Below, piece by piece: positions 1 to 9,275 of a stretch of DNA of 64,000 bases (positions are counted from its first letter, which is position 1; each line of letters opens with the position of its first letter). Made by a program: the position numbers and the translations under genes. The notes under the pieces were generated by a model. It worked only from the letters and a program-made list of their open reading frames with translations, was not told where the DNA came from and searched no databases. The stretch comes from a virus (taxonomy: Duplodnaviria; Caudoviricetes): the IMG/VR virus record IMGVR_UViG_3300042554_001750. One strand, given 5' to 3'.

Positions 1-2
1 GA

Positions 3-176
3 AGATTTGATGCCACACTATATGTATGGAAAAATGCCATAACAGGAGAAGTTATTAATTCTACCCGTTATGACATGATACATGTTTATGGATTAAACAA
101 AAATGAAATTATCAAAATGATTACAGGCAAAAGAAAATCCGCACATATGAATTGGTATTTTGTCACCAAGCCTTAA
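3..176 (+). CDS. C-terminal fragment of a probable homing endonuclease (NUMOD1/HTH-like DNA-binding tail); partial, runs off window start
   Basis: Open frame from position 3 to TAA 174-176 reads RFDATLYVWKNAITGEVINSTRYDMIHVYGLNKNEIIKMITGKRKSAHMNWYFVTKP, resembling the C-terminal modules of phage HNH/GIY-YIG endonucleases. Not in the ORF track; translated by hand. Confidence 0.45.
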   Translation, partial: RFDATLYVWKNAITGEVINSTRYDMIHVYGLNKNEIIKMITGKRKSAHMNWYFVTKP

Positions 177-1359
177 GAATTAACATATTCTCATTCGTTC
201 TTCCATTAAATGATGTTGCCACTGCCTTAATGTCAGCAAAAAACTTTCTACCTGAGGGCTTACCGAGTTTTAGAAATTCTTTTAATTGTTCTCCTGGTTT
301 GCGAATAGTTTTGACTTGACTTTTACCGGAGTCAAACCCAAGAATAGCAGTACCTTTCACAGTAAATGACTTGCTATACTCATCCGCACATAGATAGATT
401 AACTTGCGTTTGGCACTGTCGTATAGATAACATTCACTAGCACCATGCAGTTTAACAGGATGCAAACTAACAAGGTCCAATTTCATTGCAGGATCTTTGA
501 ACTCCTTCAGATACTTAAGCTTACTGACAAGCTTTTCAACAGGAACTGCCTTACGGGCCCGGGGTGCCTTAGCTGCCTTCTTGACGCTAATATAACTATT
601 AAGGTCAGCGATTACCTGTTCAATAAATTTGATAATATTTTTAACTTGTGTTTTGGTTAGGTAGCTGTATCCCTCAACCAATTGCTTGTCCTTAGCCTCA
701 AGCAACTCAGTAAATTCATTTAGTTTCTTTTTCCAAACATCAGTTAGAATACTGATATGCTGAGGCAATACATTCTTTTTAGCAACTTCATCCAGTGCTT
801 TAGTAGCAAACTTACTAGGTGCGCCGGATAGTACAAAGTCGTCAAAGAGTCCTTCAAGTTCGCCCCCTGCTTCCCGTGCCTTTTCCTTCATAATTTCTTG
901 CACATTGGGACGATTGACAGGTTCTTTATCCTCAGCAATCTTAGTTACACTGGTTTTACTGACTTTGATTTCGGGCTTATGAACTGCCTTGATTAGCCGT
1001 TGAATCTCGTTTTCTAGTGTAGTTTCTTCATGTTCTGTCAATTCCAAACCACGAAGTTTCATTCGTGCGACCCAACACCAACTCATCATTAGTTCATTGT
1101 CGGCAACTTTTCTAATGATTTTAGCATCATCTTTGCGGTTGCTCAGTTCCAAATATTGAATGAGTAGGTCTTTTGCGTCTTTGCGGCCATAAAACTTACT
1201 GTACCAGTTCAGTGCGCGACCAAGAGCATGATTACGCAAGTCAGGCTCGGGTTGTAGCGCAAACAAAGGCTCATCACCCATATACTTGGTGTCCGGATCC
1301 CGTGGATTCAATGCTCGGACACCAGTAGTATCAATAACCTTCTTAGATTTCTTAGTCAT
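163..1359 (-). CDS. Hypothetical phage protein, 398 aa
   Basis: Long ORF with GGAG RBS and its own sigma70-type promoter; no recognisable catalytic motif. Confidence 0.8.
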   Translation of the reverse strand: MTKKSKKVIDTTGVRALNPRDPDTKYMGDEPLFALQPEPDLRNHALGRALNWYSKFYGRKDAKDLLIQYLELSNRKDDAKIIRKVADNELMMSWCWVARMKLRGLELTEHEETTLENEIQRLIKAVHKPEIKVSKTSVTKIAEDKEPVNRPNVQEIMKEKAREAGGELEGLFDDFVLSGAPSKFATKALDEVAKKNVLPQHISILTDVWKKKLNEFTELLEAKDKQLVEGYSYLTKTQVKNIIKFIEQVIADLNSYISVKKAAKAPRARKAVPVEKLVSKLKYLKEFKDPAMKLDLVSLHPVKLHGASECYLYDSAKRKLIYLCADEYSKSFTVKGTAILGFDSGKSQVKTIRKPGEQLKEFLKLGKPSGRKFFADIKAVATSFNGRTNENMLILKAW

Positions 1360-1388
1360 GTTGACTCCAAATTAACATTTATACGATG

Positions 1389-1417
1389 ATTATATATCAA
1401 TAACCATTTTCTGTCAA
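1389..1417 (-). promoter_or_regulatory. Sigma70-type early promoter
   Basis: Minus strand TTGACA-17 nt-TATAAT, upstream of 163..1359. Confidence 0.85.
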
Positions 1418-1426
1418 GCCTATTCC

Positions 1427-1434
1427 GATAAATA
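1427..1434 (+). promoter_or_regulatory. T4-like late promoter (GATAAATA)
   Basis: ATAAATA 4 nt before the ATG of the neck gene. The same motif precedes most structural genes (minus strand at 6620, 9260, 11059, 12007, 13929, 41124, 47780, 50487, 52375, 54468, 55529). Resembles the T4 TATAAATA late promoter. Confidence 0.7.
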
Positions 1435-1438
1435 CAAT

Positions 1439-3151
1439 ATGCCAAGATTATCCTTATACCGCCCTAACAAGCAAAACGATTACCGATTCTTAGATAGAAC
1501 TATTTCGGAACAATTGACTGTTGGCGGTACTGATTTATACATCCACAAGTATCTAGGTCCAACGGATCAAGGTGCGTCAATAGACTATACTCAGCCCCAG
1601 TATGATAAACTAGATCCTACAAATATTCAAGATTTGTTGTTCCTTGAAAACAGAGACAGAACATACGATCCTAATATTTATAGATTGCGCGGTCATTATA
1701 ATGTTCAAAATCTAGATTTTGATTTAAGTCAGTTTGGATTGTTCTTAAACAACGATATTATTTTCATCACCGTTCACTATAACGACATGATTGATATTGT
1801 GGGTCGTAAATTGATGGTTGGTGATGTTCTTGAATTGCCGCATTTACTTGATTACAATCCTTTAAAAGAATCTATTCCCACAGCGTTGAAAAGATTTATG
1901 CAAATCACCGACGCAAACTATGCTAGTGAAGGTTTCAGTCAAACATGGTTCCCACACTTGTGGCGTATTAAATGCGAACCATTAGTTGATAGTCAAGAGT
2001 TTAGTCAGATATTACAAGAACCAGTAAACCAAGACAATTATCTTGGTTTATGGGATAAGGATAAAACATACCCACCGGGCTATGTTATCAGTTATGGTGA
2101 CAAGAATTATATCTCTAAGATTGAAGTACCTATAGGTATTGCTCCGCCCAACGACACATATTGGGAATTGGACACTGCCGAGAATCTCAAAGATATTCTT
2201 GCTACTTACAATAGAAATATTGAAATTAATAATGCACAACTAGAAGAAGCACAACGCTTAGTGCCCAAAGCAGGTTACGATAGAAGTCAAATGTATATTG
2301 TACCTACTTATGGCACCTACGAAACAAATACACAATTATCTGGAAAAACAAATCAACCTGCACCACCCATCAATGTTGTCATTGACGGTACTGGTGGCCC
2401 AACAACGGCTACTGGTAGTGTATTAATGATTAGAGATCCAAAGTTCAAGAAAGCAAGTCCTGTCATTAGAATTCCTCAACAAGCTGTTCAAAGCATATGG
2501 GACATGACAGCCGACATGGATCATGCAGAGATACTAGATAAATTTGCGACTACTAGTTTAGAAATTGTTGAGAAAGCTCCGACAAAGCTTGACACTGGTT
2601 CGGGCGCACTAGAGGGAGAGTTAGTTCTATCTGTACAATCATTGGGTACAATTACAGGACCATATGGTACTGCTGACAATACATATGCTACAGCAGACCA
2701 AGATCCAACACAACCCGGATTTACTGGAACAATTACTCCACAAATGGACTTCCGTGCAGACTGCGATCCAAGATTCCAATATATTACAAGAAGCAGTCCT
2801 AGAACATTCGGTTACACAATGGGTTATCTTGATGGAACCGATCAAGCTCCCAACGGTGAACCAACTGGTGCAGGAATCAGTTTCCCACAAAATCCAAAAG
2901 TTGGAGACTATTTCTTGCGCATTGACTATTTCCCACAAATACTATATCGCTGGGACGGTAAACTTTGGGTCAGAATTTCTACCAATGTAAGAACAGATAC
3001 TGGCTTCACACAGAATGATACATCACAGTTGTCAGGCTTCATAAATAACAGTAATGTGACGGTTAAGACTGATGGGGCAATAGTACCGCAGAAACAGGGA
3101 TTATCAACTATACTTCAGTTAACACCTGACCCTATTCCACCTAGAACATAA
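1439..3151 (+). CDS. Neck/head-completion protein, T4 gp14-like, with long C-terminal extension
   Basis: N-terminal EQLTVGGTDLYI...DLLFLEN...SQFGLFLNNDIIFITV...VGDVLELP pattern matches gp14; lies directly upstream of a gp15-like gene. Confidence 0.7.
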   Translation: MPRLSLYRPNKQNDYRFLDRTISEQLTVGGTDLYIHKYLGPTDQGASIDYTQPQYDKLDPTNIQDLLFLENRDRTYDPNIYRLRGHYNVQNLDFDLSQFGLFLNNDIIFITVHYNDMIDIVGRKLMVGDVLELPHLLDYNPLKESIPTALKRFMQITDANYASEGFSQTWFPHLWRIKCEPLVDSQEFSQILQEPVNQDNYLGLWDKDKTYPPGYVISYGDKNYISKIEVPIGIAPPNDTYWELDTAENLKDILATYNRNIEINNAQLEEAQRLVPKAGYDRSQMYIVPTYGTYETNTQLSGKTNQPAPPINVVIDGTGGPTTATGSVLMIRDPKFKKASPVIRIPQQAVQSIWDMTADMDHAEILDKFATTSLEIVEKAPTKLDTGSGALEGELVLSVQSLGTITGPYGTADNTYATADQDPTQPGFTGTITPQMDFRADCDPRFQYITRSSPRTFGYTMGYLDGTDQAPNGEPTGAGISFPQNPKVGDYFLRIDYFPQILYRWDGKLWVRISTNVRTDTGFTQNDTSQLSGFINNSNVTVKTDGAIVPQKQGLSTILQLTPDPIPPRT

Positions 3152-3153
3152 AC

Positions 3154-4524
3154 ATGGCACAATACTTTTATGATAATCAGGTACGAAGGTTCCTGATTCA
3201 ATTTGCAAAAATCTTTAGCAACTGGTATGTAACTAAAGGTAAAGATCCAGCCGGTAATGATATATTGGTTCGTGTACCCGTGATGTACGGTGACAGCAGT
3301 AGACAAGCTAGCACAATTATCGCAAACAATAGTGCAAGTAATTTACCTAGTGCACCACTAATCACCTATTACATAACAGCATTAGAGTATGACCAGCGTA
3401 GAACACAAGATCCTACATTTGTTGATAGAATAAATGTAAGACAAAGGGCATATAACCAAGAAAATCAACAGTATGAAACTACGCAGGGCCAAGCATTTAC
3501 GATTGAAAGATTAATGCCTGTGCCATACACACTAAGAATAACAGTAGATTTTTGGACTACCAATTATAATCAAAAGTTAGAACTTATTGAACAACTTGGT
3601 GCATTGTTTAACCCGTCATTAGAAATTCAAAGTACTGACAACTTCATTGATTGGACATCATTGAGTGTTGTATACCAAGATGGATTGACATTCACCAGTA
3701 GAAGTATACCACAGGGCACAGGTAATCCAATTGATGTAATGACCTGGAAGTTTTACATGCCTATTTGGATTAGCACCGCAGCTAAACTTAAAAAGATGGG
3801 TGTTATTCAGAAAATCATCGCAAGTATTTTTGCAGGCAAAGCAATGTCAGACATTCAGGACGATGATTTATTGTTGGGCACAAGACAAAAAATTACGCCG
3901 TACGGCTACAAGGTTTTATTGTTAGGCAATACATTACAGTTGTTGCCAGCCAATCAAGCATTTTATCCTAGCAATGCTAACTTGGATGCGCCACCTGCAC
4001 CCAACACAAATTTATATTGGTCTAGTTTATTGAATGTATACGGTACATTAAGACCCGGTATAAGTCAAATTTGGTTGCAAAACCCATTCATGGATACTGA
4101 GATTGTAGGAACTATCGTACCAGATCCAATGGATGATAGATTGTTAATCTATAATATTGACCCAGACACATTACCACAAAACACACTTAATCCAGTTGAT
4201 AGTGTTATCAATCCATTGGTATCGGGACCTAATGCAGGATTGCCCGGACCTGTACAGGGTCGTAGATATCTAATCGTTGAAAATATAGGAAGCGACAATA
4301 ATACTACCACTGCTTGGGGAGACTTGATTGCTGAAGCCAATGACATTATTGAATATAATGTTGGTACAGGAAAATGGTTTGTAAGTTTTAATGCGTCAGC
4401 ATCTACAACAGTTCAGTATGTTACTAACCTTACAACCAATATTCAATATAGATATACCGATAACATGTGGATGAAATCGTATGAGGGCTGGTATGATCAG
4501 GGAGATTATTCTATTGTGATTTAA
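3154..4524 (+). CDS. Tail sheath stabilizer/tail terminator, T4 gp15-like, extended
   Basis: MAQYFYDNQVRRFLIQFAKIFSN...RVPVMYG...PVPY motifs typical of gp15. Confidence 0.8.
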   Translation: MAQYFYDNQVRRFLIQFAKIFSNWYVTKGKDPAGNDILVRVPVMYGDSSRQASTIIANNSASNLPSAPLITYYITALEYDQRRTQDPTFVDRINVRQRAYNQENQQYETTQGQAFTIERLMPVPYTLRITVDFWTTNYNQKLELIEQLGALFNPSLEIQSTDNFIDWTSLSVVYQDGLTFTSRSIPQGTGNPIDVMTWKFYMPIWISTAAKLKKMGVIQKIIASIFAGKAMSDIQDDDLLLGTRQKITPYGYKVLLLGNTLQLLPANQAFYPSNANLDAPPAPNTNLYWSSLLNVYGTLRPGISQIWLQNPFMDTEIVGTIVPDPMDDRLLIYNIDPDTLPQNTLNPVDSVINPLVSGPNAGLPGPVQGRRYLIVENIGSDNNTTTAWGDLIAEANDIIEYNVGTGKWFVSFNASASTTVQYVTNLTTNIQYRYTDNMWMKSYEGWYDQGDYSIVI

Positions 4525-4541
4525 TTTAGATAAATCATAGT

Positions 4542-4955
4542 ATGAGTCAATCAGCAGGCGTTTTCTTTTATTCCAAATCAACAGATAGATTTTTATATCT
4601 CCTAAGGTCAGATAATAAAAATCCATCTAATTGGGGTATTCCTGGCGGAAAAATTGAAGCCGGCGAAATGATTCTTGAGGGATTAGAAAGAGAGTGCATT
4701 GAAGAAATTAATTTTTGGCCCCCGGATTCTAAATTAATTCCTATACAAAAGTTTGTGAATAATACATTCACTTATCACACATTCTTCTGCCAAGTTGACA
4801 ATGAATTTATACCAGAGTTGAATTATGAACATTGCGGATATGCCTGGGTAGGGGATAATCAGTATCCAAAACCATTACATCCGGGATTGTTCAGTACAGT
4901 CAATTTTGACGTAGTACAAGAAAAATTAAAGTCATTAACAAAAAAGGGGCCTTAA
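4542..4955 (+). CDS. NUDIX hydrolase
   Basis: Nudix box GGKIEAGEMILEGLERECIEE. Confidence 0.9.
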   Translation: MSQSAGVFFYSKSTDRFLYLLRSDNKNPSNWGIPGGKIEAGEMILEGLERECIEEINFWPPDSKLIPIQKFVNNTFTYHTFFCQVDNEFIPELNYEHCGYAWVGDNQYPKPLHPGLFSTVNFDVVQEKLKSLTKKGP

Positions 4956-4965
4956 GCCCCTTTTT
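4941..4965. terminator. Bidirectional rho-independent terminator
   Basis: AAAAAGGGGC-CTTAA-GCCCCTTTTT between convergent genes. Confidence 0.8.
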
Positions 4966-5276
4966 CATTGTAGCAATTTAGCTATCGCGTCAAATCCTAA
5001 CGAACCGATAACAATACCGGCTCCCATCATCATCCATCTCCATTTTTCTAAAGCTGAAACTTTTGATGCTAGAGATGCATGAGCTTTTGAATCGCTTTCT
5101 TGCATCTCCTTAATCATTTGTTTCATCTCATCACTATTCCTATCCAAACACTCATGCACGGATTTCAAGTCGTCCTTTAATTCACCGATTTTTTCCTCGA
5201 TGTTTTGAACTTGAACTTGAAGAACTGCAATATCAGTTTGTGCTTGCTGTGGCATAGTTATAGTCTTGGCTATCAT
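4965..5276 (-). CDS. Coiled-coil protein with C-terminal transmembrane helix (holin/XhlA-like candidate)
   Basis: Heptad-rich region followed by WRWMMMGAGIVIGSLGF. Confidence 0.55.
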   Translation of the reverse strand: MIAKTITMPQQAQTDIAVLQVQVQNIEEKIGELKDDLKSVHECLDRNSDEMKQMIKEMQESDSKAHASLASKVSALEKWRWMMMGAGIVIGSLGFDAIAKLLQ

Positions 5277-5278
5277 GA

Positions 5279-6535
5279 TTATGCATTAGAAATTGTAACT
5301 AAGTTGTATGGCATAGCGTTAGATGTATTAGCATCTTCGGCTGTGTTAAATGTCACATAAACTGGTGTAGCATTGGCTAATACAATGTTTCCAGTTGCGA
5401 TTGGACCGGATGTAGCTGTAAACAACTCACCTGTATGATCGCTTAGACTTTGAACAGTTTGTGTAGCACTATTGGCGTAGGTAGCAAGAACACGCATTGT
5501 ATTTGGTGTTAATGCAGTATTTGCAACGTTAGCCATTAAGCACTGTGCTGTCAAGCCTGATGTACTACCTGTTACCAAATACTTTTGCTTGCCTTTTTGA
5601 CGAACAATGTAACCTGCTTCGTCATTTGCATACACAAACGCCGCGCCTTCAAAGTTTGCAGTAGCATTTGCCGTCAATACAGTAACGTCAATAGTAGCAT
5701 TTGCCGCTGTTGTACCAGTTGTAACTGCTCTTACAGGACCATATTGTGTATTAGATACTGTAAATGCGGCTGCGTTGGCAATAGTTTTAACAAAGTATGT
5801 TGAGCCTGCAACTAAGCCACCGGTGTTTGCATCAAATGTTACTGGAGCACCAACAAACAATGTTTGTGCATTACCTGAAGTACCAATTACATTACCAGTA
5901 GCGTTTGTATTAGCAACTGCAACGGTGATGTATCCGGTATTAGTAGAAACGAAACCAACTGTTGTATAGTCAGTACCACCGTTAATATTTGCAGAAGCAA
6001 CTTGAACAGCAGAACCAACGGATAATGTATTGGCAAAATCTGTACCAGAACCATATACGTTCATATTAGCTGTATCACCATAAAGTGTACCTGTACCATT
6101 GATACCGATAGCAACTTGTGCTAATACTTGTGGGCCAATAATAGCTGTATTACCACCAACTACGCTATATGTATTGCTATTTGTTGTTGGGAAACCAACG
6201 CCACCATTTGGATTGTTAAAATATGCATCAACTACACCAACTGATGTTGATACTGTTGTTCCACTTGTTGCACTCAAATTAACTGGAGTATATGTTGGAT
6301 TAGCACTTAGTTCAGTTGCGGATGCAGTGAAAGTAGTATTACTTGTTACATTTAAAATCCAGTAAGTTGTATTGGCAGTTAAACCACCTGTTGTGCTTGC
6401 TGGAATGAACGGCATACCTTTGATAACACCTAAAGTTGATAGGTTTTGTGAAACCGTTACTTCTTCAGATGTTGCATCTGTACCCGTGATTGTTAATATG
6501 GCTTGCGCCTTTGCGATTTTTAGAGGACGTCCCAT
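5279..6535 (-). CDS. Virion structural protein, 418 aa
   Basis: Thr/Ala/Asn/Gly-rich with two internal GGL(T/V)A.TY(W/F) repeats; late promoter upstream. Confidence 0.65.
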   Translation of the reverse strand: MGRPLKIAKAQAILTITGTDATSEEVTVSQNLSTLGVIKGMPFIPASTTGGLTANTTYWILNVTSNTTFTASATELSANPTYTPVNLSATSGTTVSTSVGVVDAYFNNPNGGVGFPTTNSNTYSVVGGNTAIIGPQVLAQVAIGINGTGTLYGDTANMNVYGSGTDFANTLSVGSAVQVASANINGGTDYTTVGFVSTNTGYITVAVANTNATGNVIGTSGNAQTLFVGAPVTFDANTGGLVAGSTYFVKTIANAAAFTVSNTQYGPVRAVTTGTTAANATIDVTVLTANATANFEGAAFVYANDEAGYIVRQKGKQKYLVTGSTSGLTAQCLMANVANTALTPNTMRVLATYANSATQTVQSLSDHTGELFTATSGPIATGNIVLANATPVYVTFNTAEDANTSNAMPYNLVTISNA

Positions 6536-6555
6536 TTGTTTTTCCTTTGTAAAAT

Positions 6556-6626
6556 TAGCGGGTTCTAGCCGCTACGCAGTGGGTTACTGCATAAACTCTC
6601 CGAATGAGAGTGTATAATGTATTTAT
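6556..6626 (-). promoter_or_regulatory. Late promoter plus three tandem hairpins in the 5' leader
   Basis: ATAAATA (6620-6626), then stems ACTCTC/GAGAGT, TATGCAGT/ACTGCGTA and TAGCGG/CCGCTA. Confidence 0.6.
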
Positions 6627-6638
6627 CAATAATAAGTA

Positions 6639-6926
6639 TTATTCTGTGCCGGTATTAGCGTGATTCATACCTAATGTACTAACACTAAATGCACCTGCTG
6701 TACCGGCTACGTTAATATATGCTATGTAATTACCTTGTCCAACTAAAAAGTTGTTGTCTACTGTGTTTGCAGGAATGATCTCACCTGTTGTTAGATTAGC
6801 AGTAACACTAGAGTTACCTACCGCTACCGCGATTGCTGATGTTGTTGTAGCAATACGCACTTTATCAGTAGTTGCTACTGCTGTTAGTTGACTTGTACCA
6901 TTTGCTGTGTAAATTGCTGATGCCAT
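6639..6926 (-). CDS. Small virion structural protein, 95 aa
   Basis: Ala/Thr-rich beta-type composition within the late structural block. Confidence 0.6.
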   Translation of the reverse strand: MASAIYTANGTSQLTAVATTDKVRIATTTSAIAVAVGNSSVTANLTTGEIIPANTVDNNFLVGQGNYIAYINVAGTAGAFSVSTLGMNHANTGTE

Positions 6927-6938
6927 TTTATTTTCCTA

Positions 6939-9233
6939 TTATAATCTTCCGACAGCAACTTCAATGACGCCTTCGATTCCGTCAAAGTTTTCTAGTGCTT
7001 TGCCGATAACTGACCCCATTACTGGAGAGTTACAGGGTCTAGCATATCCATTACCACCGCTAATCATCATATCACCTTTAGATACAATGCCACGAACTTT
7101 TACCGGAACACGACCTTGAAGTGCTATAGCAACTGCAATACCTTTACATCCTGTATTCATTGCGTATGCAGGATCAGTTGACACTACACCCGCAACACGA
7201 ATCGTAGCATCTTCGGCAACAGTTACTTCTTTCTCTCCGCCGAACTCTAAAACTGTTCCGGGTTCATAGTGCTGGTCAGCTTCATAGTATTCTGCCAAGT
7301 CAGCGTATGTTGCATTAAGCCTTGATCCAGAAGTTAATGTCCAATTTCCGGTAATGTAACCAAGAGTTACATTTGATCCTGCTGTTAAGTTTGTAGTTGT
7401 TAATGCTCCATTGCTACCAACAGTTAAAGAAGTTAATGTACCTACGCTTGTGATGTTTGGTTGTGCGTTTGTTGTAACTGTGCCTGCAGTCGTTGCTGAT
7501 GTAGCTGACGTTGCTGATGTGGCTGTCGTTGCTGATGTGGCTGTCGTTGCTGAGCCTGCACTAGTGGCGTATGCTGCATTAGCGACCGTTCCGGTAACAT
7601 TTGCTCCTGCCAGCTGACTTAATCCACTACCATTTCCTGTAAAGACACCTGTATTTGCTGTAATGTTAGCTGCTGTTATATTTCCATTTACACCCAATGA
7701 TGTTAATGTGCCTACGCTAGTAATATTAGGTTGGGCATTGGTATATACTGTACCCGCAACAAGAGCATTTGCTACTTGTCCAGATATATTTCCACCTGCA
7801 AGATTAGTCAAGCCCGAACCATTGCCTGTAAATATACCTGTATTTGCTGTAAAGTTTGCAGCGGTAACTGTTCCATTAACACCTAACCCTGTTAATGTAC
7901 CTACTGATGTAATATTTGGTTGGGCCGCAGTTGCTAATGTGCCTGTTAATAATGTTGCTGAAATGTTTCCCGCAGATACATTACCTGTTATAGAAGCATT
8001 GCCAGCTGTAACAAGGTTTCCACCAGTGATATTACCGGTAGCAACAATTAATCCACTAGTTCCTAAATTTCCTACATTAGCGTTTGATGTAACATTTAAT
8101 AATGTTGCACCTAAATTACCAGTTGCAGAATTAAATGTTAAATTAGCGTTAGCACTTTCGGAAACATTTCCTGTTAATGCATTTGAAAGCAACACATACT
8201 GTGTTCCTGTAGTAGAGGTTGTTATGTTGACAAAATCTGAAACATTGGAATAGCTTACATTTAAGTTAGGAACGCGAGTGGTTGATGATACTTGTAATGG
8301 TGTTGTACCCGTAGACACATTAGATATAAATCTAGAAGCTGTCACTAAACTTGTACTATTCAAATTTCCTACATTAGCATTACCAGTTAAAGTTAAAACA
8401 TTTGTAACTGAGTTATATGTAAAGTTTGCGCTACCACTTGAAATATTACTAGAATTATATTGAACGGTGCTGTTTGCTCCGCCTGCAACACCACCGCCAC
8501 CTCCACTTAGGTCAGTAACAGCAATAGCATTTGGACTATTTGTATATGTCAGAGAACCTAAAGTAAAAGCATTCGCAGAAACTAAATCACTTGTTGTGAA
8601 TAGTATTGTATTTCCTGAAGTTGGAAAATCGGTTGCCAACTTCACATAAAATGTACTTGAGTTAATTGATGAATTACTGACACCATTTACACCTGAAATG
8701 GTTACTGCTGCACCATTGGTATATGGTGTAGTGTTAGCAACACGCATAATCACAGCATTTGCCAATATACCAAACGAATTGGATGTGTCTCGGGTCAAGC
8801 CAATAACATTAGCTCTAATAGTTCCCTTAGGTGTCCAACTTAAGTTACCAGTGCCGTCAGTTTCAAGGACATAACCGATTGCTCCGCCACCGATTTTAAC
8901 ATTTGAAACGGTGCCTAAATTGATTAGTCCACCTGCATTGCCTCCAGCATTGATCCAATTATTGCCATCAAATGCTAATACTTCTCCCACACTATTCGCT
9001 GCAACATTAGCATTACTAATGCTAATGTTGAGATTACCGTACGAACCTTCAATTTGACTGAAATCTATATTAGAATATGAAGTCAGTACTTCAATATTTT
9101 CGTTGGGTGTAGTTTTACCAATAAAAAGTCTTTTTGCATCCGTAGCCCAGCCCAGTTCGCCTTCATCAAGTTGAGGTAAATCAACTAAGTTCCCTGATCT
9201 TGTTTGGATTTTTGATATCTGTACAATTGCCAT
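6939..9233 (-). CDS. Tail fibre/spike with Mtd-like N-terminus and C-terminal peptidase G2/intramolecular-chaperone-like domain
   Basis: Probable start MAIVQISKIQTRSG...LPQLDEGELGW at 9233 (track start 9269); three AQPNITSVGTLT repeats; C-terminal YADLAEYY...ALQGRVPVKV...VIGKALE. Confidence 0.75.
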   Translation of the reverse strand: MAIVQISKIQTRSGNLVDLPQLDEGELGWATDAKRLFIGKTTPNENIEVLTSYSNIDFSQIEGSYGNLNISISNANVAANSVGEVLAFDGNNWINAGGNAGGLINLGTVSNVKIGGGAIGYVLETDGTGNLSWTPKGTIRANVIGLTRDTSNSFGILANAVIMRVANTTPYTNGAAVTISGVNGVSNSSINSSTFYVKLATDFPTSGNTILFTTSDLVSANAFTLGSLTYTNSPNAIAVTDLSGGGGGVAGGANSTVQYNSSNISSGSANFTYNSVTNVLTLTGNANVGNLNSTSLVTASRFISNVSTGTTPLQVSSTTRVPNLNVSYSNVSDFVNITTSTTGTQYVLLSNALTGNVSESANANLTFNSATGNLGATLLNVTSNANVGNLGTSGLIVATGNITGGNLVTAGNASITGNVSAGNISATLLTGTLATAAQPNITSVGTLTGLGVNGTVTAANFTANTGIFTGNGSGLTNLAGGNISGQVANALVAGTVYTNAQPNITSVGTLTSLGVNGNITAANITANTGVFTGNGSGLSQLAGANVTGTVANAAYATSAGSATTATSATTATSATSATSATTAGTVTTNAQPNITSVGTLTSLTVGSNGALTTTNLTAGSNVTLGYITGNWTLTSGSRLNATYADLAEYYEADQHYEPGTVLEFGGEKEVTVAEDATIRVAGVVSTDPAYAMNTGCKGIAVAIALQGRVPVKVRGIVSKGDMMISGGNGYARPCNSPVMGSVIGKALENFDGIEGVIEVAVGRL

Positions 9234-9266
9234 AAGTGTAATCTTTAGGTTATTACACTTATTTAT
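9234..9266 (-). promoter_or_regulatory. Late promoter overlapped by a 9-bp hairpin abutting the start codon
   Basis: AAGTGTAAT-9 nt-ATTACACTT stem, ATAAATA at 9260-9266. Confidence 0.6.
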
Positions 9267-9275
9267 CAAATTTCT

